DNA from: an uncultured Selenomonadales bacterium
GTDB taxonomy: Bacteria > Bacillota > Negativicutes > Selenomonadales > Selenomonadaceae
Direction: 5' to 3'
Assembly: GCA_946407095.1 (NCBI GenBank)
Contig: CAMJMR010000001.1
Location: 32,632-96,631 of the forward strand
DNA length: 64,000 nt
Below, piece after piece: positions 10,738 to 21,299 of this stretch. The notes under the pieces are model-generated. The model did not search any database. It saw only the letters and a program-made list of their open reading frames with translations, and was not told the origin of the DNA. Numbering within the stretch: the stretch's first letter is position 1; every line of letters begins with the position of its first letter. Position numbers and translations under genes: made by a program.

Positions 10738-10766
10738 TTATAGCAAGCGTTGCCGTCGGTTTCAAG
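10738..10766 (-). promoter_or_regulatory. Candidate sigma-A promoter of the S10 operon
   Basis: On the minus strand: TTGAAA, 17 nt spacer, TATAAT, with an A/T tract upstream. It lies about 130 nt upstream of rpsJ. Confidence 0.55.
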
Positions 10767-10780
10767 AAAAATTTTTTTAC

Positions 10781-11078
10781 AGCGTGACGTTGCAAGGGAC
10801 AGAGGCGCGCATGGACGCGCGCCGCCCGCGTCTTGTTGCGTGATGCAACAACAGCGGGCACGAGCGGCTTCGGCTTGGCTCAACGTTTCGCCCACGACGT
10901 CTGAACGCCCCCGCGAGGGGTCTTTTCTTTTGCAACTTTTCTTTGGACAAGCAAAGAAAAGTTGATCCTAAACATAAAAGTTATTGAACCGTTGAATCGA
11001 AGGGAACCGCCGCCGCCACGACAAGCCCAAGCTGTCTTTGCGCCCTTTTGCTTAGCCAACGAAAGGACGCCCGCCCCT
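10781..11078 (-). repeat. Family-2 structured element, long form (copy a); candidate ncRNA
   Basis: The reverse complement aligns with 33251-33546: 5' hairpin CCTTTCGTTGGCTAAGCAAAAGGG, P1 AACTTTTCTTTG...CAAAGAAAAGTT, an ATCAC-loop hairpin, and a terminal GC hairpin with GTCCAT loop. Confidence 0.75.
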
Positions 11079-11161
11079 AATCAGCAACAGCGGCCGGCAA
11101 TCAGTTTTTGGGCTGACTACCGACCGCCTCACCGATTTATTGACTGAGTGTCAAAAAATTT

Positions 11162-12367
11162 TTACGCTTCAAGAATCTCGATAACACGACCCGAACCGAC
11201 CGTATGACCGCCCTCGCGGATAGCGAAGAGCAAGCCTTTTTCAATCGCAATCGGGGTAATGAGCTCGACCGTCATTTCGATGTGATCGCCGGGCATGCAC
11301 ATTTCAGCGGCGTTGCCGTTGGTGTCTTTCAGGTCGCTGACTACGCCCGTGACGTCCGTCGTGCGGAAGTAGAATTGCGGACGATAGTTCGCGAAGAACG
11401 GAGTGTGACGGCCGCCTTCGTCCTTGGTCAAGACGTAAACTTGAGCTTTGAACTTCGTGTGCGGATGAATCGAACCGGGCTTGGCGATAACTTGACCGCG
11501 TTCAATTTCCTTGCGGTCGACGCCGCGCAGGAGGACACCGACGTTGTCGCCGGCAACCGCGCTGTCGAGGAGCTTGCGGAACATTTCAATGCCCGTGGCA
11601 ACCGACTTGCGGGGCTCGTCGCGAAGACCAACGATCTCAACCGGCTCGTTGAGTTTCAACATGCCGCGCTCAACACGACCCGTCGCAACCGTGCCGCGTC
11701 CCGTAATCGTGAAGACGTCTTCAACCGGCATAAGGAAGGGCTTATCGGTGTCGCGGGTAGGAGTCGGAATGTATTCGTCGACAGCGTCAAGCAGCTTGAG
11801 GATGTTTTTCTTTTGTTCTTCGTCGCCTTCGAGGGCAAGCAGAGCCGAGCCCGCGATAACGGGAATGTCGTCGCCGGGGAATTCGTATTTGCTCAAAAGT
11901 TCGCGGACTTCCATTTCGACGAGTTCAAGGAGTTCGGGGTCGTCGACTTGGTCAACCTTGTTGAGGAAAACGACAATGGCGGGGACGCCGACCTGACGGG
12001 CAAGCAGAATGTGTTCGCGCGTCTGAGGCATGGGACCGTCGGAGGCAGCAACGACGAGAATCGCGCCGTCCATTTGCGCCGCGCCCGTGATCATGTTCTT
12101 GATATAGTCGGCGTGGCCGGGGCAGTCGACGTGAGCATAATGGCGTTTTTCGGTCTCGTATTCGACGTGCGCGGTGTTAATCGTGATGCCGCGTTCGCGT
12201 TCTTCAGGCGCCTTGTCGATGTTCTCATAGGATTCGTATTTCGCGAAACCCTTTTCAGAGAGGATCTTGGTAATGGCAGCCGTCAACGTGGTCTTGCCGT
12301 GGTCGATGTGTCCGATAGTACCGATGTTTACGTGGGGTTTACTGCGGTCAAATTTCTGTTTTGCCAT
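11162..12367 (-). CDS. tuf: Elongation factor Tu
   Basis: 401 aa ORF ...[15 protein letters not shown]...DCPGHADY... Confidence 0.97.
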   Translation of the reverse strand: MAKQKFDRSKPHVNIGTIGHIDHGKTTLTAAITKILSEKGFAKYESYENIDKAPEERERGITINTAHVEYETEKRHYAHVDCPGHADYIKNMITGAAQMDGAILVVAASDGPMPQTREHILLARQVGVPAIVVFLNKVDQVDDPELLELVEMEVRELLSKYEFPGDDIPVIAGSALLALEGDEEQKKNILKLLDAVDEYIPTPTRDTDKPFLMPVEDVFTITGRGTVATGRVERGMLKLNEPVEIVGLRDEPRKSVATGIEMFRKLLDSAVAGDNVGVLLRGVDRKEIERGQVIAKPGSIHPHTKFKAQVYVLTKDEGGRHTPFFANYRPQFYFRTTDVTGVVSDLKDTNGNAAEMCMPGDHIEMTVELITPIAIEKGLLFAIREGGHTVGSGRVIEILEA

Positions 12368-12410
12368 AAAATGAACAACTCCTTAGTTGTAAAAAAATTT
12401 TCTGAGCCTC

Positions 12411-12433
12411 TAATCCCTAGTTCCTAGTTCCTA
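12411..12433. repeat. CTAG-heptamer tandem array (CCTAGTT-type units) that includes the fusA stop codon
   Basis: TAATCCCTAGTTCCTAGTTCCTA. The period-7 TAGs fall in all three frames on both strands. Confidence 0.7.
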
Positions 12434-14512
12434 CACAGGCTCTCCCTTGTATCTCGCAACAATCGCTTCCGAAATATTTTTCGGAACTTCGTCGTAGTAG
12501 GCAACTTCCATTGAGTAGGTACCGCGCCCTTGAGTCTTTGAGCGCAGGTCGGTTGAGTAGCCGAACATTTCGGACAGCGGCACGAACGCGTGAATGATTT
12601 GCAAGTTGTTGCGCGGCTCCATGCCGTCAATCTTCCCGCGCCGCGAATTCAAATCGCCGATAACGTCGCCCATGTAATCTTCGGGCACGGTGACTTCAAC
12701 CTTGACGTAGGGCTCCAGCAGGACGGGCTTAGCCTTTTCGGCCGCCGCCTTGAACGCCATAGAGCCCGCGATTTTGAAGGCCGCCTCGCTCGAATCGACT
12801 TCGTGGAAGCTGCCGTCGTAAACGGTCGCCTTCACGTCGACAATCGGGAAACCGGCAAGCACGCCGTTCTCCATTGCCTGCTTAATGCCCGCCTCAATCG
12901 GATTGATGTACTCTTTGGGAATGACGCCGCCGACGATTTTATTTTCAAAGACGAAGCCGCCGCCGGTCTCGTTGGGCTCAATTTCAATCCAACAATGACC
13001 GTATTGCCCGTGACCGCCCGTTTGACGGACGAATTTGCCTTCGCCCTTTTGCGTCTTGCGAATGGTCTCGCGGTAAGCAACTTGCGGCTCGCCAACCTTG
13101 CAGTCGACGTGAAACTCTTGCAACATGCGGTCGACGATGATTTGCAAATGCAATTCGCCCATGCCCGAAATAATGACTTGTCCCGTCTCGGCGTCGGTGC
13201 GGACTTTGAAAGTCGGATCTTCCTCGGCAAGTTTTTGGAGCGCGATTCCCATTTTATCCTGGTCGTTTTTGGTGGAGGGTTCGACGGCCACGGAAATGAC
13301 GGGGTCGGGGAATTCCATTGACTCAAGGATAATCGGGTGCGCCTCGTCGCAGAGGGTGTCGCCGGTCGTCGTGTCCTTCAAGCCGACAGCCGCCGCGATG
13401 TCGCCGCTGTAAACAACGTCGATTTCCTTGCGGTTGTTGGCGTGCATTTGCAGGATTCGCCCGATGCGTTCCTTTTTGCCCTTCGTCGAGTTGTAGACGT
13501 AGCTGCCGCTTTTCAGCGAGCCGCTGTAGACGCGGAAGAACGCCAGCTTGCCAACGAACGGGTCAGTCATAATCTTGAACGCCAACGCGGCAAAAGGTTC
13601 GTCGTCGCTTGCAGGGCGGGTATCTTCGGTGCCGTCGGGCTTGGTGCCCTCAATCGGCGGAATATCTGTCGGGGCGGGCATATAGTCAACAATCGCGTCC
13701 AAAAGCGGCTGAACGCCGCGATTTCGGTAGGACGTGCCGCAAGTGACGGGCGTCATTTTGCATTCGATTGTCGCCTTGCGAATCACGGCCTTGACTTCGT
13801 CGATTGTGACTTCTTCGCCGCCGAGATATTTTTCCATGAAGTCGTCGTCGAGTTCCGCGCAGGACTCAAGCAACTTGTCGCGATAATCTTCCGCCATGTC
13901 AATCATATCGGCGGGGATGTCGACTTCCTTTGAAACTTTGCCGAGGTCGTCGTCATAGACGATAGCCTCCATCTTGACGAGGTCGACAATGCCTTGGAAG
14001 CTGTCCTCCGCGCCGATTGGCAGTTGAATCGCAACGGCATTGGTGTGAAGTCTGTCGCGCATCATCTGAATGACGTGATAGAAATCTGCGCCCGTGATGT
14101 CCATTTTGTTGACGTAAGCCATGCGCGGGACGTTGTAGCGTTCGGCTTGCCGCCAAACAGTTTCCGTTTGAGGTTCGACGCCGCCGCGAGCCGTAAGAAT
14201 CGCAAGCGCGCCGTCCAAAACTCTCAAAGACCTTTCGACTTCGACCGTGAAGTCAACGTGACCGGGCGTGTCGATGATGTTGATTCGGTGATTCTTCCAG
14301 AAACAAGTCGTTGCGGCCGACGTGATTGTAATGCCGCGTTCCTGTTCCTGCTTCATCCAGTCCATAGTCGCCGCGCCTTCGTGAACTTCGCCGAGCTTGT
14401 GATTGACACCCGTGTAAAACAAAATCCTTTCGGTCGTCGTCGTCTTGCCGGCGTCTATGTGCGCCATGATACCGATGTTGCGAGTTTTTTCCAGTGAAAA
14501 CTCTCTTGACAC
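12431..14512 (-). CDS. fusA: Elongation factor G
   Basis: 693 aa ORF ...[25 protein letters not shown]... Confidence 0.97.
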   Translation of the reverse strand: MSREFSLEKTRNIGIMAHIDAGKTTTTERILFYTGVNHKLGEVHEGAATMDWMKQEQERGITITSAATTCFWKNHRINIIDTPGHVDFTVEVERSLRVLDGALAILTARGGVEPQTETVWRQAERYNVPRMAYVNKMDITGADFYHVIQMMRDRLHTNAVAIQLPIGAEDSFQGIVDLVKMEAIVYDDDLGKVSKEVDIPADMIDMAEDYRDKLLESCAELDDDFMEKYLGGEEVTIDEVKAVIRKATIECKMTPVTCGTSYRNRGVQPLLDAIVDYMPAPTDIPPIEGTKPDGTEDTRPASDDEPFAALAFKIMTDPFVGKLAFFRVYSGSLKSGSYVYNSTKGKKERIGRILQMHANNRKEIDVVYSGDIAAAVGLKDTTTGDTLCDEAHPIILESMEFPDPVISVAVEPSTKNDQDKMGIALQKLAEEDPTFKVRTDAETGQVIISGMGELHLQIIVDRMLQEFHVDCKVGEPQVAYRETIRKTQKGEGKFVRQTGGHGQYGHCWIEIEPNETGGGFVFENKIVGGVIPKEYINPIEAGIKQAMENGVLAGFPIVDVKATVYDGSFHEVDSSEAAFKIAGSMAFKAAAEKAKPVLLEPYVKVEVTVPEDYMGDVIGDLNSRRGKIDGMEPRNNLQIIHAFVPLSEMFGYSTDLRSKTQGRGTYSMEVAYYDEVPKNISEAIVARYKGEPV

Positions 14513-14524
14513 GAAACTTGCTCC

Positions 14525-15040
<516 letters not shown>

Positions 15041-15424
15041 TTATTTCTTCTTGGCTTTAGCTTTCTTCGCGCCGTATTTGGAACGCGCTTGCTTGCGGTC
15101 TTGCACGCCGGCGGTATCGAGTGAGCCGCGAATGATATGGTAGCGAACACCCGGCAAGTCCTTGACGCGTCCGCCGCGAATTAAAACAACGCTATGTTCC
15201 TGCAGATTATGCCCGATACCGGGAATATAAGCAGTGACTTCAATAGCGTTGGTCAAGCGGACACGGGCAACTTTGCGAAGTGCCGAATTCGGTTTCTTGG
15301 GCGTCGTCGTGTAAACGCGAGTGCACACGCCGCGTTTCTGCGGGCACTCCTTCAGAGCCGGAGCGGTTGATTTTTCCTCCAACATCTGACGACCTTTTCT
15401 GACCAGTTGATTAATGGTTGGCAT
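15041..15424 (-). CDS. rpsL: 30S ribosomal protein S12
   Basis: [13 protein letters not shown]... starts at ATG 15424, preceded by GGAAGGAGGTGGG. The track ORF start at 15442 is an upstream in-frame ATG. Confidence 0.95.
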   Translation of the reverse strand: MPTINQLVRKGRQMLEEKSTAPALKECPQKRGVCTRVYTTTPKKPNSALRKVARVRLTNAIEVTAYIPGIGHNLQEHSVVLIRGGRVKDLPGVRYHIIRGSLDTAGVQDRKQARSKYGAKKAKAKKK

Positions 15425-15472
15425 GCGCCCACCTCCTTCCAAAATGTTCAGTGCCTTGTCAAAAGCGCGCCT

Positions 15473-15501
15473 ATGTTATCATTGGCAAAAATGGCTGTCA
15501 A
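15473..15501 (-). promoter_or_regulatory. Candidate sigma-A promoter upstream of rpsL
   Basis: On the minus strand: TTGACA, 17 nt spacer, TAACAT. Confidence 0.45.
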
Positions 15502-15662
15502 CGGCGTCATGACGCGACCTTTCAGCACGCCATCTCTGAACAAAATTTGTCTGACAGAAGCGGCGCAATCGGCGGCGGGGCGCGAAAGTGTTCCTCTGCA
15601 AAAAAATAATCCCTTCCGCATGAATTTTCGTTACGCAAGGGATGTTGTCAAATGATTTTTGT

Positions 15663-16511
15663 TTATAAAAGCCGTCGACGCTCCTCGACGTAAAGAGCCT
15701 TAACGCTGATGTCGACCGCGTGAACAATCATGCCCGTGGTGAACTCGACCGCCTCGCGAACATAAGCCTGCGTCTGCCGAATCAGCGTCGGGATGTGGTT
15801 GCCGTAACTCAAGACGACTTCGCAGGAAATGGTCAAGCCGTGGTCGTCGTCGCCCTTCAGCAGGTGCTTGACCGTGACGCCCTTCAAACTCTTGACGAAC
15901 TCCCGCGCCTTTACGATTCGCTCAACGACCGCCTCGATAACTCTGTCGTCGATAATCAGCTTGCCGTAGTAGCTGAACACGGGGCGCACGATTGACTTTT
16001 CGCCAAGCTTGCGGCGGCGGACGTTCGACTGCTTGAAAATCGATTGCAAAGGATTAACCAGGTAGCCCGAAAAATGCGGCTTGAGTTCAATCGTCGGGAC
16101 GGGGATTATGTGCTTGCCCTCCTTGAGGCGGTGGAATTGCGCCGTTTCAATCTCCGCGCGCGACGCAATGTCTTCAATGCGAACGATAAGCTGAATCGAC
16201 GGCAGCTTGAGCGTCTTGGCGATTTTGTGCACCATGTTTTCCGATGTGCCGATAACCAAAATTCTGTGCGGCTGAATGCGATGAATCGCCTCGCGAACGT
16301 CGTCGGCGTGACCCGGCAAAACGAAAATCGCACGCCGCACAGCCATAATTCGGCTTTTCTCGGTCTTGGCGGATTCGCCCGCTATTATGTGCCCGTCCTT
16401 AATCAAAATCCCGTCGTCGATAATCGCGTCGGCATTGTGCTCGCGGGCTACCTGCAGGGCGCGATGACTCTTCCCCGTGCCGCTCGGTCCTACCAATGCA
16501 ATCACGTCCAC
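15663..16511 (-). CDS. Hypothetical fusion protein: N-terminal P-loop NTPase-like domain plus C-terminal Asp23/Gls24-like domain
   Basis: 282 aa ORF with Walker A GPSGTGKSH at the N-terminus. The C-terminal half (...GKLIIDDRVIEAVVERIV...GVTVKHL...LTISCEVVLSYGNHIPTLIRQTQAYVREAVEFTTGMIVHAVDISVKAL) resembles the Asp23 family. Confidence 0.6.
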   Translation of the reverse strand: MDVIALVGPSGTGKSHRALQVAREHNADAIIDDGILIKDGHIIAGESAKTEKSRIMAVRRAIFVLPGHADDVREAIHRIQPHRILVIGTSENMVHKIAKTLKLPSIQLIVRIEDIASRAEIETAQFHRLKEGKHIIPVPTIELKPHFSGYLVNPLQSIFKQSNVRRRKLGEKSIVRPVFSYYGKLIIDDRVIEAVVERIVKAREFVKSLKGVTVKHLLKGDDDHGLTISCEVVLSYGNHIPTLIRQTQAYVREAVEFTTGMIVHAVDISVKALYVEERRRLL

Positions 16512-16550
16512 TTAATCACTTCCCGAAATCTTAAAGCTGTAAAAATTTTT

Positions 16551-17537
16551 TCACCGCTCGAAGGGATAGACGATACCGAATTGCCTGCGAATCTCGTCCG
16601 CTTGCCGCATGACGGCCAAAGTCTCGGCGTGAGGCATTTCGGGGCATTCGGTGCGCCCTTCGGCTATTGCCCTAAGGCAGGCAAGAACTTCGTATTCAAA
16701 GCCGGTAATCTGCGCGGGCGGAATAATTTCCCGCTTCACGTCGTAGCTGCCGCGATTCGCTCCGTAAATCGTTATCCTTTGCGGATTGATGACGTTTTGC
16801 ACGGCGATATAGCCTTCGCGCCCGTAGACAAAGCCGCTTCGGTCGGTCAAGGTGTACATCGTCGAAAACAGGCTTGCCATCTTGCCGCCCGCGTATTCAA
16901 GCATGATATTGTTCTGCCCGTCGACGCCTGTAGCCGTCGGAATCATTGACGCCGCAATTCGCTTGACTTCGGTACCCATAACCATTGCGGCGAAGTTCAG
17001 CGCGTAGACCGTCAAATCAAGCAGGCAACCGCCCGCCAAGGCAGGATTGGTCAAGCGGTCGTCCTTGTCGATGCGGAAGCCGATATTGGCGGAAACCGTC
17101 ATTGGATCGCCGATTGTGCCGCTCGCGATTATGTCCTTGATAATCTGCGCGGAAGGCAGATAGCGCGTCCACATGGCCTCGGCAAGCAAAAGATTTTTCG
17201 ACTCGGCAAGGGCAATCATTTCCTGCGCCTGCGCGGCGTTCACGGCAAGCGGCTTTTCGCAGAGGACATGCTTACCCGCTTGAAGGGCTTTAATCGTCCA
17301 CTCGCGGTGATGCGAATGCGGCAACGCCACATAAACCAAATCGACCGCGTCGTCGGCAAGCATCTCGTCGTAAGAGCCGTAAGCCCGCTTGACGCCCCAC
17401 TTGTCGGCGAAGGCTTGAGCCTTTTGCAAATTTCTTGAGGCGATAGCGTAACTTTCCGTTTCGTTGAGCGCGGCGACCGTCTTGACCATTTTCACGGCTA
17501 TTGAGCCCGCGCCGATAATTGCCACCTTCATTGCCAA
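16551..17537 (-). CDS. Gfo/Idh/MocA-family oxidoreductase
   Basis: 328 aa ORF with an N-terminal Rossmann motif KVAIIGAGSIA and an EKP motif (LCEKPLA). Confidence 0.85.
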   Translation of the reverse strand: MAMKVAIIGAGSIAVKMVKTVAALNETESYAIASRNLQKAQAFADKWGVKRAYGSYDEMLADDAVDLVYVALPHSHHREWTIKALQAGKHVLCEKPLAVNAAQAQEMIALAESKNLLLAEAMWTRYLPSAQIIKDIIASGTIGDPMTVSANIGFRIDKDDRLTNPALAGGCLLDLTVYALNFAAMVMGTEVKRIAASMIPTATGVDGQNNIMLEYAGGKMASLFSTMYTLTDRSGFVYGREGYIAVQNVINPQRITIYGANRGSYDVKREIIPPAQITGFEYEVLACLRAIAEGRTECPEMPHAETLAVMRQADEIRRQFGIVYPFER

Positions 17538-17582
17538 GTACCTCCGACCGTTTGTTGAAATATTTTATCGCAACGACGCAGC

Positions 17583-19241
17583 TTAGGCAAGGACGGCCAG
17601 CTTGAATCTCTGCGCGGAGGCAAGCATTTCGCCGGCATTTTCGATTGACGCAACCGACTCTTCGCCCGAAGCCATGCGCGCTATCTCGTTGACGCGTTCA
17701 GCCTCGTTTAGCCGCGTGACCTTCGTAAGCGTGCGCCCGTTGACCTCCGACTTGCTGATTTGCAAGTGGACGTCAGCCATGCTCGCGATTTGCGGCAGGT
17801 GCGTTATGCACAAGACTTGCCACCCGCGCGAAATTTCGGAAATGCACTCGGCAACGGTTTTGGCAGTGACGCCGCCCAAGCCCGTGTCAATCTCGTCGAA
17901 GACCATAACTCTGTCGTAATCGCCGCGCTGTTCCGACGCCAAGACGATTTTTATCGCCAAAGCTATCCTCGACAGCTCGCCGCCCGATACAATCTCCGAT
18001 AACGAAAATTTTTCCTCGCCGACGTTCGCGCAAAATAAAATGTCAGCCTTATCGCCGCCGTTCTCCGAAAGTTTTTCAGCCGCCTCAACGACTATTTCAA
18101 ACTGCGCCCGCGCCATTCCCAGCCGTTGAATTTCCCGCTCGATTTTCGCGCTTAAGTTGTTCGCCGACGCCTGCCGCAATACCAAAAGTTTCTCCGCGCA
18201 GATTTTTGTTTGACGTTCAAGCTCGCCGACTTCCGCTTGAAGCTCCGACACGTCCGAATCAAAATTTTCTACCGACGCGATGTCGACGCGAATTTTCTCC
18301 AGCCGCTGTAAAATTTCGTTGACCGACGCGCCGTATTTTTTTAACCGCGAAATTTCGTCAGCCCGCGCATGAAGTTCATTCAATCTTTCGGGCGAAAAGT
18401 CCAAGCCGTCGCCGTAGTCGCGTATCTCGTCGTAAGCCTCTCGCAAGGCAATTTCCGCGTCCTCCAAAAGTTTCCGCGCAGGGTTCAGCTTGTCGTCGTA
18501 GCGCGCCACCGCGTCCAAATGCTTCGACACTCGCGCCAATGCCGTCAAAACGTCGAAGTCGCCGTCGTTGAGAATCTGCGCGGAGGCTTGAACGCTTTCG
18601 GCTATTTTCTCGGCGTGCGAAAGTTTTTTTATCTCCGCGTCAAGCTTAACGTCTTCATCGGGCTTGAGCTTCGCCGCCGATATTTCCCGCGCCTGCCAAC
18701 GCAAAAATTCCAGCCGCTGAAGATTTTCCTCACGCGCAGAAAGTTTCTTCGCCAACGAACGTTTTTTGGAATTCAGCTCGCCGTAGGACTCCGCGAACAC
18801 TTTCAACGCGTCATAAATTTCCGCCGTGTCAATCAGCCGATAAATTTCTTTTTCGCGCAGGAGTTCAAGATTTTTATTTTGGTCGTGCATGTCCAAGAGT
18901 GCCGCGCCGTATTTCCGCAACTGCGCAAGAGTTATCGGCTTGCCGTCCACTGCGACAGAATTTTTGCCAGTGCGCGAAATTTTCCGCTCGATTGTGAGTT
19001 CGACGATGTCGCGGGCCGGAAAGCTGTTCTCTATCAAGAAAACCGCTTTGACGCGCAGGAAGTCCGCGCCCTTGCGAATCTTACTTGCGCCCAATCTGTT
19101 GCCGAGAATCGCGCCCAAAGCCTCAATCAAAATCGATTTGCCCGCGCCCGTCTCGCCCGTCAAGATGTTCAAGCCCGCGCCGAATTCGACAGTCACGTTT
19201 TCAATCAGCGCGAAATTTTCAATCGTCAAAGTCTTAAGCAT
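17583..19241 (-). CDS. recN: DNA repair protein RecN
   Basis: 552 aa ORF MLKTLTIENFALIENVTVEFGAGLNILTGETGAGKSI..., with a C-terminal SGGELSR signature. Confidence 0.93.
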   Translation of the reverse strand: MLKTLTIENFALIENVTVEFGAGLNILTGETGAGKSILIEALGAILGNRLGASKIRKGADFLRVKAVFLIENSFPARDIVELTIERKISRTGKNSVAVDGKPITLAQLRKYGAALLDMHDQNKNLELLREKEIYRLIDTAEIYDALKVFAESYGELNSKKRSLAKKLSAREENLQRLEFLRWQAREISAAKLKPDEDVKLDAEIKKLSHAEKIAESVQASAQILNDGDFDVLTALARVSKHLDAVARYDDKLNPARKLLEDAEIALREAYDEIRDYGDGLDFSPERLNELHARADEISRLKKYGASVNEILQRLEKIRVDIASVENFDSDVSELQAEVGELERQTKICAEKLLVLRQASANNLSAKIEREIQRLGMARAQFEIVVEAAEKLSENGGDKADILFCANVGEEKFSLSEIVSGGELSRIALAIKIVLASEQRGDYDRVMVFDEIDTGLGGVTAKTVAECISEISRGWQVLCITHLPQIASMADVHLQISKSEVNGRTLTKVTRLNEAERVNEIARMASGEESVASIENAGEMLASAQRFKLAVLA

Positions 19242-19820
19242 TTACTTTTTGCCCGTGGAGCCGCGTTTAGTCAAGGGGACGCCTTCCTTGCACAGCGGGC
19301 AATTATCGGGCTCGTAAGTCTCAACGTCCATGTGCAACAGCGCGAAGGCGGGCACGTCGTCGAAAGCAGCTTTGCCGCCCGACCTGTCGACAAGCATGGC
19401 AACCGCCACGGGCACGCCGCCGAATTGCTTAACCACGTCGATGACCTCGCGAACGGAGCCGCCCGTCGTGACAACATCCTCGACAATCAAGACGCGTTCG
19501 CCCTCGTGCAGGTTGAAGCCTCTGCGGAAAGTCATTTTGCCGTCGACGCGCTCGGTGAAGATAGCCCGCGTGCCCAATGCCTTACCCGTCTCGTGCGCAA
19601 GGATGATGCCGCCCGTCACGGGGCCGACGACCGTTTCAATCTGCGCGTCCTTGAAGTGTTCCGCCATAGCTTTGCAAAGTTTCTCGGTCATTTCGGGGTG
19701 CTGAAGGACGTTGAATTTCTCGACGTAGTGCGGACTGTGTTTGCCGCTGGTGAGTTTGAAGTGGCCGTGCATAATCGCGTTCGTCTCGACAAGCAAATCG
19801 TAAACTTCTTTTTCCGTCAT
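19242..19820 (-). CDS. pyrE: Orotate phosphoribosyltransferase
   Basis: 192 aa ORF with the PRPP-binding motif VLIVEDVVTTGGS. Confidence 0.9.
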   Translation of the reverse strand: MTEKEVYDLLVETNAIMHGHFKLTSGKHSPHYVEKFNVLQHPEMTEKLCKAMAEHFKDAQIETVVGPVTGGIILAHETGKALGTRAIFTERVDGKMTFRRGFNLHEGERVLIVEDVVTTGGSVREVIDVVKQFGGVPVAVAMLVDRSGGKAAFDDVPAFALLHMDVETYEPDNCPLCKEGVPLTKRGSTGKK

Positions 19821-19822
19821 GA

Positions 19823-20545
19823 TTAAATGCCTCTCATTTCGTTAAGGATTTTTAAAGCCGCGTCGCGGGGATTGGCCGCCGCCCGAATCGGTCTGCCGAT
19901 AACCAAATGCGTCGCGCCGTTTTGAAGAGCCGCCCTCGGTGTGGAAATGCGTTGCTGGTCGTTGATGTCGGCTCCCGCAGGACGGATGCCCGGCGTCACG
20001 ATTAAAAAGTTTTCGCCGCAAGCTTCCCGAATCAATTTCGCCTCCTGCGGCGAGGCGACCACGCCGTCAAGTCCTGCCGCCTGCGCCTGCTTCGCGAAGT
20101 CGACAACTTGTTCCGAAATTTTCAACGCGCCGCACCATTCCGCTTGAGCGATGCTCGTCAGGACGGTTATGGCGATTAGTTTCGGACGTTCGACGCCGCG
20201 CAGGGCTGCCTCCTTGCCGAGAGCCTCCGCCGCCGTTTTCATCATGGTGAAGCCGCCCGCCGCGTGCACGTTGAGAATGTTCGCGCCCAAGTTCATCAGC
20301 GAACACAAGCCGCCCGCCACCGTGTTGGGGATGTCGTGAAGTTTCAAGTCAAGGAAAATTTTTTTTTCCTGCGCCTTTAGCCACTCGACGACGCCCGCGC
20401 CGACGCTGTAGAAAAGTTCCATGCCGACTTTGTAAAATGTGACGCTGTCGCCCAAGGTGTCGACGAGTTTCTTTACGTCGTCGAACGTGTGGAAGTCCAG
20501 GGCAACTATCAATCGTTCGTCCGCCATGTTTGATACCTCCGCCAA
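19823..20545 (-). CDS. pyrF: Orotidine 5'-phosphate decarboxylase
   Basis: 240 aa ORF ...LIVALDF...FLDLKLHDIPNT.... The start could instead be the second ATG at 20527. Confidence 0.9.
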   Translation of the reverse strand: MAEVSNMADERLIVALDFHTFDDVKKLVDTLGDSVTFYKVGMELFYSVGAGVVEWLKAQEKKIFLDLKLHDIPNTVAGGLCSLMNLGANILNVHAAGGFTMMKTAAEALGKEAALRGVERPKLIAITVLTSIAQAEWCGALKISEQVVDFAKQAQAAGLDGVVASPQEAKLIREACGENFLIVTPGIRPAGADINDQQRISTPRAALQNGATHLVIGRPIRAAANPRDAALKILNEMRGI

Positions 20546-20639
20546 AAATTTTCTTGAAAAATTCTGTGCAAAGCCTTAAAATCCTTTTCGGCGGTCGGGA
20601 ACTAGAACGTCCTCAAAATTCAACGTAAGGAGTCGGATA

Positions 20640-21263
20640 ATGGTTCACGAAATAAACAATCCAATAATCAATCACAAACTTGCCCTGCTTCGCCGCAAAG
20701 AGACGTTGCCAAAAGATTTTCGTGCGCTCGTCGAAGATATCGCCTCCCTGTTGACTTACGAAGTCGGAAAAAATTTTGAGACGCAGACGATTGAAATTGA
20801 AACGCCGCTTCAAAGTTGCCGCGCAGAATTTCTGGACGAGAAAAATTTTGTCGTCGTGCCGATTCTCCGCGCAGGCTTGGCGATGGCGGACGGCGCGTTG
20901 AAAATTTTGCCGAACGCCTCCGTCGGGCATATCGGGCTTTATCGCGACGAAGTAACCTTCGCGCCCGTCGAATACTGTTTCAAGATGCCGCCGCACTTCA
21001 GCGAAAAAATTTTGCTCGTCGTCGACCCGATGCTTGCCACGGGCGGCAGTGCCTCCGCCGCGATTCAATTACTTAAAAATCACGGCGCGAAGAAAATTTT
21101 TTTTATGTGCATACTTTCTGCACCGCGCGGGCTCGAAAAAATTTCGGGCGACCACCCCGACGTTGAGATTTACACGACGGCGATTGACGACGGCTTGAAC
21201 GACAGCTGCCATATCGTGCCCGGGCTCGGCGACGCTGGCGACAGAATTTTCGACACGCTATAA
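20640..21263 (+). CDS. upp: Uracil phosphoribosyltransferase
   Basis: 207 aa ORF ...ILRAGLAM...LVVDPMLATGGSA... Confidence 0.93.
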   Translation: MVHEINNPIINHKLALLRRKETLPKDFRALVEDIASLLTYEVGKNFETQTIEIETPLQSCRAEFLDEKNFVVVPILRAGLAMADGALKILPNASVGHIGLYRDEVTFAPVEYCFKMPPHFSEKILLVVDPMLATGGSASAAIQLLKNHGAKKIFFMCILSAPRGLEKISGDHPDVEIYTTAIDDGLNDSCHIVPGLGDAGDRIFDTL

Positions 21264-21299
21264 AAAATTTTATGTCATACCGAAGGAGTGATTCTATAA

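Noticed and set aside
11204-12427. Long ORFs antisense to well-supported genes (for example 471..1226, 1953..2615, 3994..4935, 7826..9055, 11204..12427, 18369..19826, 32171..33247, 36265..37767, 39787..41292, 57454..58812).
   Set aside because: Each lies fully opposite a gene with unmistakable homology (ribosomal proteins, EF-Tu, RecN, TolC, PFOR, GH32, Lon). Their translations are low-complexity and Arg/Ala/Val/Gly-rich, as expected for shadow frames in high-GC DNA.
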